Shown: in pieces, positions 1 through 9,678 of the stretch | Layout of the letters: each line of letters opens with the position of its first letter | How positions within the stretch are numbered: the first letter of the stretch is position 1 | Origin: Candidatus Multivoradales bacterium | GTDB taxonomy: Bacteria > Acidobacteriota > Thermoanaerobaculia > Multivoradales > JAHEKO01 | Direction: 5' to 3' | Assembly: GCA_965248055.1 (NCBI GenBank) | Contig: CBDFIJ010000004.1 | Location: 1,440,001 to 1,504,000, forward strand | DNA length: 64,000 nt | Program-made: the position numbers and the translations under genes | The notes under the pieces: generated by a model | What the model saw: the letters and a program-made list of their open reading frames with translations, nothing else | Database searches by the model: none | What the model was told of the DNA's origin: nothing

Positions 1-603
1 CTCATCAATGATGGTTTTCAAACGCTCGGAGACGGTCTCTCGTTCACCCAGGAGATCGGTGAGCTCCATGGTGCCAATGGTGTCTTTCATGGCGCTGTTG
101 GCGGCTTGAAACACCGCCTCCCGGTAGTCCTTAACCCGCAGAGCCGCGCGCTCAGGATCTTCTACCCGCATGAAAATCACCGCCTCACAACCCACCGGCA
201 CGTTGTCCTTAGTCAGGGTCTCAGCCGCAGTAATCACCCGGGTTTGTATCCGATTATCAAGAATTGCCGCCACTGACTGGTAGAACGGCGGATAAGGAAT
301 CACCCAGAACAGCCCTGGCCCCTTGACGCCGACGAACTTTCCCAGCTTGAGGATCACAACCCGTTCGTACTCAGGGATGACGTAGAGGGAACGACTGGCA
401 ACGCGTGCCAAGACCAAGGAGAACAGACCCCCTATAGCCAAAACTGGAATAGCAAAAACCGAACCGAACAGTCCCAGCGCAAAGACGACCGCCAGCAGCA
501 ACCCGCCCAATACCGCGAGGGTGCCAAAGAACACGAACGAACGCAGAACTGTCTGAACTGTATTGAGACTCCGATTGTTCGAAGTTACGCTTTGACTGGC
601 CAT
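1..603 (-). CDS. SPFH/band-7 (stomatin/slipin) family membrane protein, runs off the window edge
   Basis: Manual translation from ATG at 603 (not in the ORF track): two hydrophobic helices, then YVIPEYERVVILKLGKFVGVKGPGLFW...ETLTKDNVPVGCEAVIFMRVEDPERA, a typical stomatin-like SPFH signature. Confidence 0.9.
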   Translation of the reverse strand, partial: MASQSVTSNNRSLNTVQTVLRSFVFFGTLAVLGGLLLAVVFALGLFGSVFAIPVLAIGGLFSLVLARVASRSLYVIPEYERVVILKLGKFVGVKGPGLFWVIPYPPFYQSVAAILDNRIQTRVITAAETLTKDNVPVGCEAVIFMRVEDPERAALRVKDYREAVFQAANSAMKDTIGTMELTDLLGERETVSERLKTIIDE

Positions 604-735
604 GCTTACCCCCATTACTGCGCCTCACTAAGAGGCAAGCGGCAACTACCCAGATCGTAGCACGGCGATTGACACGGCGGTTTGCCAAAGCAGCGTCGTC
701 GAGAGCCGTCTAGCGCTGCGACGGCAACTAGGCGA

Positions 736-1092
736 CTAGCTTTGATCTCGCGCCAAGAGCAAGGTCAATAACGCGAACGTAGCGAAGGTTGTTAGCCCCA
801 AGACAAACGAATGCTTGCTTATCATTGCGATCCGTCGGCCACGGCCTGTCGCCCAAGTTTGATCTCCATTCAATTGGCTGCGAATAATTGCTGAAATGGA
901 TTGCAGGCCAGCGAGCACCGCACCGATCAGAAAAAGCCAACTCATTACGAGCAGAGCCAGTTGTCCTAGGTTTGAGATCGAGAACTGCTGAATAAACGTA
1001 GCACTCAGGACCAAGACGCCGGAAGCCAAAGTGATGATTTGCTTCACCAGTTCCAGCGCCGTTGCTGAAGGACTTTCTGTACTGCTCACCAT
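736..1092 (-). CDS. Hypothetical small membrane protein (about 3 TM)
   Basis: Three hydrophobic segments (KQIITLASGVLVLSATF..., SWLFLIGAVLAG..., FVLGLTTFATFALL); starts immediately after the methyltransferase stop. Confidence 0.6.
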   Translation of the reverse strand: MVSSTESPSATALELVKQIITLASGVLVLSATFIQQFSISNLGQLALLVMSWLFLIGAVLAGLQSISAIIRSQLNGDQTWATGRGRRIAMISKHSFVLGLTTFATFALLTLLLARDQS

Positions 1093-1094
1093 TG

Positions 1095-1805
1095 CTATGG
1101 CCACACCGCGGGTTTCCAGTACAAGAAGACCTGCTCAGTTCCACGGGCGCTCAACGAACGAATCCGTTCCAACCCGGCGGATTTGAAAAGGGCATGCGTC
1201 TCCGCCGTCGCGAACTCTCGATAGAAAGAGTGCCGAGGCCACGCCGGCCGCGTATAGTAGCCATCCGACACCCGATACCGCCTCATTGCTTCTGTCATTT
1301 GGCCATAACGAGACATGTAGAGCAGACAACCGCCCTTCTTGAGTCGACTGGTAACGGTTTTCACCACGACTTTGCGATCCTCAGGACGGGGCATGGTTTG
1401 TAACACAAAGCAAAGAAGCACCGCATCAAATTTTCTTCTTTTGTCGCGGAAACACTCACGCCGCCAATGTCGACCGAAGAACTTTTCCGGCGAGACAAGG
1501 GCGGTGAAGTTGGAACTATTTCTTGCTCGGCGAATTGCTTCTTTGTTCTTGGGCCGCTCGAAAGCGTTGGGGAATTCGACCGCACACACCTGAAAGCTTC
1601 GACGCAACAACGGAAACGTGTGGCGTAGACCCCCAGCGCCGAAATCCAGAACCTGCTCCAAGCCTCGTTTGCGCCACTCCGGTATCACCGTGTCGACAAC
1701 AACCTTATGCGGCGGTAGGGAAGCTGAGATGGAGGTAGTTACGTCAATGACCACCGGCTCTGCGTCCGAACCAAATTTATAGATAGGGCTTTTCCATTTT
1801 TTCAC
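1095..1805 (-). CDS. Class I SAM-dependent methyltransferase
   Basis: Motif I VLDFGAGGLR, post-I CAVE, FDAVLLCFVL, LKKGGCLL. Confidence 0.75.
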   Translation of the reverse strand: MKKWKSPIYKFGSDAEPVVIDVTTSISASLPPHKVVVDTVIPEWRKRGLEQVLDFGAGGLRHTFPLLRRSFQVCAVEFPNAFERPKNKEAIRRARNSSNFTALVSPEKFFGRHWRRECFRDKRRKFDAVLLCFVLQTMPRPEDRKVVVKTVTSRLKKGGCLLYMSRYGQMTEAMRRYRVSDGYYTRPAWPRHSFYREFATAETHALFKSAGLERIRSLSARGTEQVFLYWKPAVWP

Positions 1806-2280
1806 CAGAACTCCTCGTTGCTCGTTTTCATACAGGTCCGATCGCGGGGACGGAATAGATAGGTTGGGTCAACGAGCCCGTCCCAAGGAGATAGCAGCCC
1901 AAACTCACTGTCGACTTCCCAAACTCGACGCTGGTTCAACGCATTTCTCATGGATAGAAACAAAGTCGTTCTCATAGCCTATCCAAATAGACCCGAGTAG
2001 CAGCACCCGGAAAATGAGTGCCGTTGCTGAAGCCCAGACCGCCATCGATCCAAGCAACCACTTCTATACTCCGAACCCTAGGCATCAGCCTTTTCCGTAT
2101 TTCAGGATCTTAGCATCAGAATCTACGAATTAAACCCTCCCCCGACGCAATCACTGACCCAAGCGTCGGGAGAGCACTGGTTGAAATCATCGCCACAAAG
2201 TAAAAATGGCTCCGAAACAACCTGGGGGAACCAACCTTCGGAGAATAGACGTCGCCCAGACGTGTCACCTACATCGAGCA

Positions 2281-2310
2281 CAAAAAAAGGGCGCTAACGC
2301 GCCCCTTTTG
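2281..2310 (-). terminator. Rho-independent terminator closing the Rieske/cytochrome b operon
   Basis: Minus strand reads GGGGCGCGTTAGCGCCC followed by a T-tract, about 20 nt after the stop at 2333. Confidence 0.8.
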
Positions 2311-2332
2311 CGATCAATCTGGAAGCTGCTCG

Positions 2333-3100
2333 CTAGGCAGCCGGCGAGTAATCGAAAGACGCCTCGGACGCACCATCGGCAGTGATGGTTACGGTCTGGG
2401 TCTGAGGACCAAACTCCTCGTGCCAGGCTTCGATGGTGTACTCGCCCACCGGTAGCCCTTCAATCGAGAATGTCCCATCCGCACTGGTAACGGCGTAGAA
2501 CGGATGATCAAGGACAGCAATGTAGGAACTCATCCAGGGATGCACGTCGCACTTGAACGGCACCATAACCTCCACCTGTTCGAAGACCTTCTTGGTCTCC
2601 ATACCCTGAACTGGCTGACCCTGGTTGAACTCTTGGTTGTGCTCGGGCATCGCGTGGACGTTGTGCAGGGTTGCGTCGCTGTTGCGAATAACCAGCGTCT
2701 GACCAACCTGAATGCCAGCAACGTGCGGGCTGTACTGGCAGCCGATCTGGTCCAACATCTTCTTGTCCGTTGGCGCGGTGTAGGTTCCGGTTAGGCCGTC
2801 TTTGACGTAAACAAAGACGTTACCCAAGTGACCGTCCTCTGACAGCAGCACCGACTCGGTGTGAACATCGCCCTCGTGCAAGCTCGAGCACGCTGGATCT
2901 GCATCCATGTTGATGGTGGTATCTGGGTCACCGTTGGAATACATCGCCATTCCCGTCAAGCTTCCTGTGGGCCCACTGGCGGCAGCCACAACTGGCTCCG
3001 GATCGGTGGCCGCGGCTGATTCGGTGTGGGTGTCACCACCGCCGCCGCAAGCAGCAACGACCGCAGCACCGGCAATCAATATCAAAAATTTCTTCATCAT
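2333..3100 (-). CDS. Lipoprotein with cupredoxin-like and carboxypeptidase-regulatory-like domains
   Basis: Lipobox VAAC; DQIGCQYSPHV, NSDATLHNVH, KCDVHPWMSSY, then DGTFSIEGLPVGEYTIEAWHE. Confidence 0.75.
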   Translation of the reverse strand: MMKKFLILIAGAAVVAACGGGGDTHTESAAATDPEPVVAAASGPTGSLTGMAMYSNGDPDTTINMDADPACSSLHEGDVHTESVLLSEDGHLGNVFVYVKDGLTGTYTAPTDKKMLDQIGCQYSPHVAGIQVGQTLVIRNSDATLHNVHAMPEHNQEFNQGQPVQGMETKKVFEQVEVMVPFKCDVHPWMSSYIAVLDHPFYAVTSADGTFSIEGLPVGEYTIEAWHEEFGPQTQTVTITADGASEASFDYSPAA

Positions 3101-3204
3101 TTTCTCCTTGATGGGTGAGGCGGGGTTAGTCCCATCGTCAAGCTTCCATTGAGTCCCAAGAGACTCGTGCTGGTGTTAGACCGAACGCGCTAGCGGCCCC
3201 GCGG

Positions 3205-6123
3205 CTATCGAAGCGTCCAGATGTAATCTCTTAGCGCCGCAGTGACCTCGGAGACATCTCCCAGGTACTCCCGCAACTCGTCCTCAGTGTCAAAGTATCG
3301 CATGAGTTGCTGCTTTTGAGCAGCATAAGTTGGCGAGTCAATCGCCGCGCCAAACGGGCTTTGAAAGTTGCCATCCGCATCTTGGCTAAAAAAAGTCGGC
3401 ATGCGCGTGCCCGGCACCCATTTTTGTGGATCGGTAATCCAATCCGCAATCCAGTCGTGGCGAAGCCGTTCTGGGGCCAGCAACAAAGACGGCGCCAAGT
3501 CAGCCGCACTAGCCCCGCCGGTTACCGGACTAGCTGGGTGACAGCGAGCGCACTGCATCATTCCAAACATCACTTCACCGACCGCCAAATCCTTCGCACT
3601 GGCTTCGCCCTTAGAAGAGATAAATTGGGTGCGATGGTCTTGCTCGGTGAAGTAACCCAACAAAGTGTTGACCTCATCATCCTCAAAACCGAAAGTCGGC
3701 ATGCGCACTGAAAGCCACGGCCGCATGCTCTCGCTGGATGGGTCGTGGAGGTAGTCAAATAACCATTTAGGCTGTACTCGAGCCCCCTGAGACGCCAGGT
3801 TAGGTGGCAACATGCCCTGATCTTCGATCGAGGTGCGAATGGCGTGTCCTTGACCCTCGATCAGATGGCAGCCTTGACAGTTGTATTTGGTCATCAAGTT
3901 GCGTCCGGCTGACAGAGCTTCGCCCCGTCCGCCCTGATCGGATTTGCGTTCCGCGGTCGCCGATTGCTCGGTGAAACCCATGACGTTGACCAAGACCGCC
4001 TCGGCCTCTCGTTCACTCATGCCGAAGTTCGGCATCTTGTAGAGCTCGTGGTAACTCTTAACCGTTTCCTTTCCGCGATCCCAGATCCGTGGCCTAAGCA
4101 GCTTGGTGCGGATCCAGTCGTAGCGGGTATGCGGCACATCGTGGACGTGGCCGAAATCGAACTGATGGAGCGACTTGGAGCCTTCAGTGGTCAACTCCAC
4201 GCCGATCGGTTTGGCGTCCAAGAACTCGTTCAACTCGTGACAAGAATGACAGCCATATTTTTCAATCGTCATTTCGCCGAGGTACACGTCACGCTCGGAA
4301 TCGGCCATCGCTTCCAAGGTCTTTTGGCTCTGTTCAATGGTCTGCGAACTCTGCAGATAGCCGCGCACCAACTCGTCGCGAAGTGCGCCATCCACCGCTG
4401 GGACTTGCAAATTCTCGTATTCTGGCTTGCGCGATCCCATCAAATAAGCGGTGATATCTGCCGCCTCGTTATTGGTCAAACGCAAGCTCGGCATGAGAGT
4501 GGTCACCGAGTGCTGCTTGGGACTCTTGACCCAGGCGTAGAGCCAGCCAGCATCAACCTTGCTACCGGTTCCAATCAAGTTGGGCCCATGCAGACGGTTG
4601 ACCGTCGGGAAAAACTGATCGCGGGTGGCTTCGGCGTCCAACAAATGGCAACCAGTGCAACCAATCGAGGTAAACAACTGCTCGCCTTGGGCTGGGTCAC
4701 CAGCCGGTGGATCTGGATAGTCCTGGGTGCCGGATTTGTCCCACAGGTAGGAGACGATCGACGAAACCTCGATCCGCTGCCGCTCTAGGTTGTCCTCGCC
4801 AACAACATTTTCCTCGAAGAAAAAATGTGGCATCCAGGTCGAAGGTCTAAATTCGCGCGGTGCCTCGATCCACCGATAGGCCCAGCCGGGGTTGGTCTTG
4901 GCCGCTACTCGATCGAGACTCGGTCCGGGTGGAGGTAAATCGCGGAAAGCAGGGTAGTCAATTTCATGGCAGCGGAAACAGCCCATGCGACCGATCAATT
5001 GACGGCCAGCGTCTAAAGACTGACTGTCCGTGGTCCAGGAACCGTCGGCGTGACAAGAAATACAACGAGCCTCAGAGAGGCTTGCTGGAAGGATCGGAGA
5101 CTCCAAGTAGTGCTGTGCCTCCCAGTCGTACTCCTTCTCCCAGCGTTCCCGCTGCTCACCGTCAACCGGGCTGTGACCGGCGCGGGAAAAATCAGTGGCA
5201 CGATCCAACCCAGAATGACACGAGGTACAGCCAAACTCACTGTAGGGATGCGGTGACGCATCGCCGACAAACAGGTCCAGACGAGGGTGAGTCTGGAAAG
5301 GAACGGGCCACTCTTCGCCAACAAAGTTAGGGCGATTGGCCGCAACGTGGCAGGTCATACAGCGGTCAACCCGGTCGATATTGGTGAAGTTGATGTTCTG
5401 GTAGAGACCGGGGAGGACCACCTGATTGATCCGAATGTCGGGTTCAATAAAGTCCATGAACGGAAAGTTCAGCAGCAGATAGCGGCTGTCTTTCTTGAGT
5501 GCGTCAGCGCGATCTTGAAGCGAGGTCACTCCTTGATTGAGCGCGGCCAATTTGGCTTCGGCGCCAACGCGACCGGCGAGCAGAGAATTAAGCTCTTGTT
5601 CCTTGCGACCGCGCTCAGTACGACGTGTCTCAAGCTCAATCATTTCCTCGTTGAGTTGGGCCGAGAGTTGCTCAAACCGCTCGCGAGCTTCCTGGATTCC
5701 CTCTTCGGCTCCGTACTGCACCGCTTGATCGACCCGATACTTGGCGGTGTCCAGATAAGACTTGGTGCTGCGCTGCGCCGCGTCAGCAACGTAGATCCTC
5801 TTGTCTATATCCGACAGCCGGTCGCTAAGATCGTCGACTTGATCGGCTCGGGTCGCTAACTCTTGCTCCGAAATGTCGATCTCACCCTGCAGTTGGGTGA
5901 GCTCGGTCCCGTTGATTCGGGTCCGCTCTTGTTCCGCCTGATTTGCCAGTTGTTGGCGTTCCAGACTACGAAAGCGAGCTTGGAAACGCTTCCACGGCTT
6001 GTTGTAGTCGTCCAGGACCATCCAGGCGGTGGTCGCTAGCAAAGCCAGTGAAGCAATCGCAAAGACGATATTCAGCTTGTGGAAACTGTAAAACCGATCC
6101 GGTTTCTTGCTTGGCACACCCAT
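3205..6123 (-). CDS. Membrane-anchored octaheme cytochrome c, putative cytochrome c subunit of the Rieske/cytochrome b complex
   Basis: Eight CxxCH motifs counted (CMTCH, CTSCH, CISCH, CFRCH, CTGCH, CHSCH, CQGCH, CARCH), N-terminal TM helix and long coiled coil; start placed at ATG 6123. Confidence 0.85.
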   Translation of the reverse strand: MGVPSKKPDRFYSFHKLNIVFAIASLALLATTAWMVLDDYNKPWKRFQARFRSLERQQLANQAEQERTRINGTELTQLQGEIDISEQELATRADQVDDLSDRLSDIDKRIYVADAAQRSTKSYLDTAKYRVDQAVQYGAEEGIQEARERFEQLSAQLNEEMIELETRRTERGRKEQELNSLLAGRVGAEAKLAALNQGVTSLQDRADALKKDSRYLLLNFPFMDFIEPDIRINQVVLPGLYQNINFTNIDRVDRCMTCHVAANRPNFVGEEWPVPFQTHPRLDLFVGDASPHPYSEFGCTSCHSGLDRATDFSRAGHSPVDGEQRERWEKEYDWEAQHYLESPILPASLSEARCISCHADGSWTTDSQSLDAGRQLIGRMGCFRCHEIDYPAFRDLPPPGPSLDRVAAKTNPGWAYRWIEAPREFRPSTWMPHFFFEENVVGEDNLERQRIEVSSIVSYLWDKSGTQDYPDPPAGDPAQGEQLFTSIGCTGCHLLDAEATRDQFFPTVNRLHGPNLIGTGSKVDAGWLYAWVKSPKQHSVTTLMPSLRLTNNEAADITAYLMGSRKPEYENLQVPAVDGALRDELVRGYLQSSQTIEQSQKTLEAMADSERDVYLGEMTIEKYGCHSCHELNEFLDAKPIGVELTTEGSKSLHQFDFGHVHDVPHTRYDWIRTKLLRPRIWDRGKETVKSYHELYKMPNFGMSEREAEAVLVNVMGFTEQSATAERKSDQGGRGEALSAGRNLMTKYNCQGCHLIEGQGHAIRTSIEDQGMLPPNLASQGARVQPKWLFDYLHDPSSESMRPWLSVRMPTFGFEDDEVNTLLGYFTEQDHRTQFISSKGEASAKDLAVGEVMFGMMQCARCHPASPVTGGASAADLAPSLLLAPERLRHDWIADWITDPQKWVPGTRMPTFFSQDADGNFQSPFGAAIDSPTYAAQKQQLMRYFDTEDELREYLGDVSEVTAALRDYIWTLR

Positions 6124-6124
6124 A

Positions 6125-6325
6125 CTAGAAATCAATCCTGCTCGTCGAAGAGCGAAAGCGCGAAGTGTCTGTCAGATCGGAGATACCGCAGCGACGAGCG
6201 CCACAAGCGTACATGCAGTACGTGACGGACGCGAGGAGCGAGAACCCAGGGTTCCCAGGCCGTTCCCCCGCCCGGGCGGGGGCAGCGAGATGGCGGGCAA
6301 TTCGAGTTTGCAGCGATGCCATCAT
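6125..6325 (-). repeat. Palindromic (RPE/MITE-like) intergenic element carrying a 66-aa open frame
   Basis: Core GCGACGAGCGCCACAAG-CGTAC-ATGCA-GTACG-TGACGGACGCGAGGAGCGAG resembles the cores of the elements at 7441 and 16198; it fills the whole gap between two operon genes. Confidence 0.6.
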
Positions 6326-7404
6326 ATGTTGAGGAAGAATTCTTGAATGTGGACAAAGTACTTAAGATTGAACAGCCAGCGGCAGTACATCTTGATCGGC
6401 ATCAACATCATGGTCAGAAACAGGGTCATGCCTAGCGCGTAGCGGGGAGCTCCCATCTTCTGAAAGAAACGGCCAAAGTACTTGGTCCGCGCTAGCAACA
6501 GCGGCAGCAGAAAGAAATACCCTCCCACCAGCAGTAGCCCTGGGAGTTCTCGGATCAGCCAGTGGCTGGGCAAGCCCATCTCCAGCATCTTGATCCAAAA
6601 GACTTCCGACAAGTCGACGTTGACCAAAGGTTCAACTTTATTGGGGTCCCAAAATTCAAACGGGCCAAAGAAGTTCCAGTTGGGTCCACGCAAGAACGTA
6701 CCGATGACGATTAGTTGACTCCACAGCAAGACAAAGCCGAACATGAAAATGCCGATCTCTGGCTTGCGCTCGGCGAAGGTGTAGTAGCCATTGCCCTTCT
6801 TATTGGTGTCGATATAGGGAATTGCCATCAACCCCAGGATGATCAAACTGGGAAGAACCACTCCCGCCATCCAGGGGTCGAAGTAGACCAACATCTCCTG
6901 CAGACCGAGGAAATACCAAGGCGCCTTGGAGGGATTGGGAGCCACCGAGGGGTCAGCCGGCTCTTCCAACGGAGCTTTCAAGACAATCGACCAGACCACC
7001 ATGGCGACGGTCAAAAGCACCATGCAGATGAACTCAGAAAAGACTAAGTCTGGCCAGGTGAAAATCTTGTCTTCGGCTTCGCTCTTTTCAAAAGTCGGCT
7101 CACCGCGCGCAATCAGGTCATCGTTGCGCTGGGCTTTGTACATCGCGAACCAGACAAAGAATCCCACCAAGAAAATCATCATGGTGATCGGCACGTTGTC
7201 GGCCTTGGCCACCACCAGGAAAAAATTTGCGTCGAAAAAAGCCAGCACGTAGAAAATCGTGCCACCAATCAAAAGCGTCCAACCACCCCGTTTGGTCCAC
7301 AGAAAGCGGGTGCGAAAGGCAACGAGAAAAGCTATTACCGAGAGGGTAAACGACCACTGTGGGTAGGACAGCGTATTGATGACACCCTTGATCCAATCCA
7401 GCAT
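6322..7404 (-). CDS. Cytochrome b C-terminal subunit (b6f subunit IV / PetD-like) with extra TM helices
   Basis: FTWPDLVFSE, APLEEPADPSVAPNPSKAPWYFLGLQEML (variant of the PEWY Qo motif), MAIPYID. Confidence 0.8.
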   Translation of the reverse strand: MLDWIKGVINTLSYPQWSFTLSVIAFLVAFRTRFLWTKRGGWTLLIGGTIFYVLAFFDANFFLVVAKADNVPITMMIFLVGFFVWFAMYKAQRNDDLIARGEPTFEKSEAEDKIFTWPDLVFSEFICMVLLTVAMVVWSIVLKAPLEEPADPSVAPNPSKAPWYFLGLQEMLVYFDPWMAGVVLPSLIILGLMAIPYIDTNKKGNGYYTFAERKPEIGIFMFGFVLLWSQLIVIGTFLRGPNWNFFGPFEFWDPNKVEPLVNVDLSEVFWIKMLEMGLPSHWLIRELPGLLLVGGYFFLLPLLLARTKYFGRFFQKMGAPRYALGMTLFLTMMLMPIKMYCRWLFNLKYFVHIQEFFLNI

Positions 7405-7440
7405 TGAGTTACCCGTTCCTCTTCCTTCTCGGTCAGCCTA

Positions 7441-7620
7441 AGCCTGGGTTATTCATGAAGTTGAAAGCAGACTGGAGAGAGCGTCGACGAAATCGGGCCA
7501 ATCGCGGCGAGGAGCGCCGCAGGCAACCTTGCTGGTTGTTGAGGACGCGACGAGCGAGGACCGCACGAGCTGACTGACGATCTCTCCAAGATGCACTGAC
7601 GCTCATGAATTATCCAGGCT
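7441..7620. repeat. MITE-like element, copy 1 (180 bp, 18-bp imperfect terminal inverted repeats)
   Basis: AGCCTGGGTTATTCATGA...TCATGAATTATCCAGGCT; homologous along its length to 16198-16392; overlaps the TAG stop of cytochrome b. Confidence 0.85.
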
Positions 7621-8398
7621 ATGCCGGGCTTGAGATCCCGCCGTCCTTACGTACGCGCCAAAAGTGCACCGCCATCAGCCATGCCGCGACCAGCGGAATG
7701 CCGACACAGTGCAATACATAGAATCGAATCAAAGTACCGCCACCCAACGACCGCCCAGCGATCAAAGCGAAACGGGCATCACTGCCGACATGAATCAGTT
7801 TTGTGCCGCCGATCGAAAGTAGTGCTGCCCCTGGCCCTTCGTGGCCTAAGAAGGGCGTCGCCCTAGCCATATTGGACCCCACAGTAATCGCCCAGATGGC
7901 TAGCTGATCCCACGGCAATAGGTAGCCGGTAAACGACAACAGCAGGGTCAAGACCAGCAACAACACACCGATATTCCAGTTGAACTCACGCGGTGGCTTA
8001 TATGACCCGGTCATAAACACCCGAAACATGTGCAGCCAAACGGCGATCACCATCGCGTGCGCAGCCCATCGATGCAACTCGCGCATGACGCCAAACGCCG
8101 CGACTTCCCGTAGATCGAGCATGTCGGCGTAGGCGAGATCCACGGTCGGCCGGTAATAGAACATCAACAACAGACCGGTGATGGTCTCGACCAAGAAAAG
8201 AAAGAACGCGGTGCCACCCATGCACCAGGTGTAGCTCATGCGAATGCCCGACTTCTTGACCTTGATCGGGTGCAGGTGCAACACCACGTTGCCCAACATC
8301 GCCAGCGCCCGTTTGCGGTTGTCAGTGGGAATACCAACCCGGAAGATGGACTTCCAGATCTGAGATTTGACGATGCTCTTTTGCAGATTCTTTAGCAT
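7619..8398 (-). CDS. petB: Cytochrome b N-terminal subunit (cytochrome b6-like)
   Basis: WCMGG, TGLLLMFYYRP, heme-ligand His in RELHRWAAHAMVIAVWLHMFRVF, REFNW, SFTGYLLPWDQ, RFYVLH...HF. Confidence 0.9.
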   Translation of the reverse strand: MLKNLQKSIVKSQIWKSIFRVGIPTDNRKRALAMLGNVVLHLHPIKVKKSGIRMSYTWCMGGTAFFLFLVETITGLLLMFYYRPTVDLAYADMLDLREVAAFGVMRELHRWAAHAMVIAVWLHMFRVFMTGSYKPPREFNWNIGVLLLVLTLLLSFTGYLLPWDQLAIWAITVGSNMARATPFLGHEGPGAALLSIGGTKLIHVGSDARFALIAGRSLGGGTLIRFYVLHCVGIPLVAAWLMAVHFWRVRKDGGISSPA

Positions 8399-8416
8399 TC
8401 AGATTCCCGTAGCTAG

Positions 8417-9034
8417 CTAGATTGCAAGGTAGGAGGCAGGATCTTCCCACTGACCCATTTCCCACTGAAATTTCTGTCCCTTGTCGACCACGATCTGTCC
8501 GTCGTCCGGGCTGACCGAGATCTTCGCGCGCTCTAGAGGCCGTGGAGTTGGTCCTTCAAAGTTGATCCCACTCTTGTAGTAACCACTACCGTGGCAGGGA
8601 CACTTGAACTTGTTTTGTGCATCCAACCATGCAGGGGGACAACCCAGGTGGGTGCATACGGCAAACAGCGCGTACAACTCACCGTCGTTGTTAACGATGA
8701 ACACACCATTTGATTCCTTGAACCGCTCATCGACCACACCTTCCGGAAAGTCGCCTAGAAAACCAACTTTGAAACTGTTGGGCGGTTCATACAGAACGTT
8801 GGGAAACATGAAGCGACCGAAGGCGGTCATGCATCCGCCAATGGCTGCGGTAAAACCCACCCAAGCCACCGCCGCCCAGGAGAAGAAACCGCGACGGGAG
8901 ACTTCCTTATCTAACGCAGCCTTGGGTTTGGGTTTCTTGGGGGCCGCCGCTGGCGTGGACTCTTTGCCCGGTTGGGGCGCGGTTTCAGTTACCGTCGGTT
9001 CCGCGCCTTGGGTGTTGTCTGGTTGGTCGGTCAT
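8417..9034 (-). CDS. petC: Rieske [2Fe-2S] protein of the cytochrome bc/b6f-type complex
   Basis: Tat motif SRRGFF, CTHLGC and CPCHGSGY boxes, GPTPRPL; start placed at ATG 9034. Confidence 0.92.
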   Translation of the reverse strand: MTDQPDNTQGAEPTVTETAPQPGKESTPAAAPKKPKPKAALDKEVSRRGFFSWAAVAWVGFTAAIGGCMTAFGRFMFPNVLYEPPNSFKVGFLGDFPEGVVDERFKESNGVFIVNNDGELYALFAVCTHLGCPPAWLDAQNKFKCPCHGSGYYKSGINFEGPTPRPLERAKISVSPDDGQIVVDKGQKFQWEMGQWEDPASYLAI

Positions 9035-9678
9035 CGTGTTTTGGGACGAACACCGACACGCTCCGCCCCTCCTCCTGGTGCGCGCTGTCGGCTGTCGCCG
9101 TGGCGCATTCTCTCGGTCAGGGTTGGAGAGTGTCAAGCGAAGCGATTGCCGAGACTAGATATCTTGCCGATCGACACCGCCAATTCCAGTTCCAGGAGGC
9201 ACCGGAATCGTCACCTTTCTGCCATTTACAGCTCCACTCGATCAAACCACCAAGCAACTTTTTCTAACATGTCTGCAAGAGAATCCAAGGAGGACAGCAC
9301 CTACTTCTGGCTCCAGACAGCTCTGTTGCAAGACAGCACTCCATTGACGGAGAACTCGCGCACCTCGATCTTCCGGGACACAACCGACCGCAACTCATCG
9401 ACCGATGAAAGTAACCCGGCGCCAACCGCTTGGTAGTTCCAGCGCGTCTGGATGTTTAGTCCGTCAACACTCTGCCTTCAGCCACTGTTGCGGTGGGTAA
9501 TCGTGACGGGAAGCTGAGGTTAAACTCATAGCAATCCGCACCCCAACGATCCCTAAGAGAAAGCCTCAACACCGTGTCGGCGAAGGACGCGGAAGCTCGG
9601 CAAGTACCAAGGTCGCAAGCCTTCCGATACCATCCGCAGCGTAACAAGAGCCCGACCCATTCAGATCTCGGAGAATTT

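Noticed and set aside
371-688. 105-aa ORF from the track
   Set aside because: Alternative frame over the SPFH gene (1-603), which the track missed because it lacks a stop in the window
1802-2100. Short minus-strand frames upstream of the methyltransferase
   Set aside because: Under 60 aa with no recognisable motif; cannot be supported as genes
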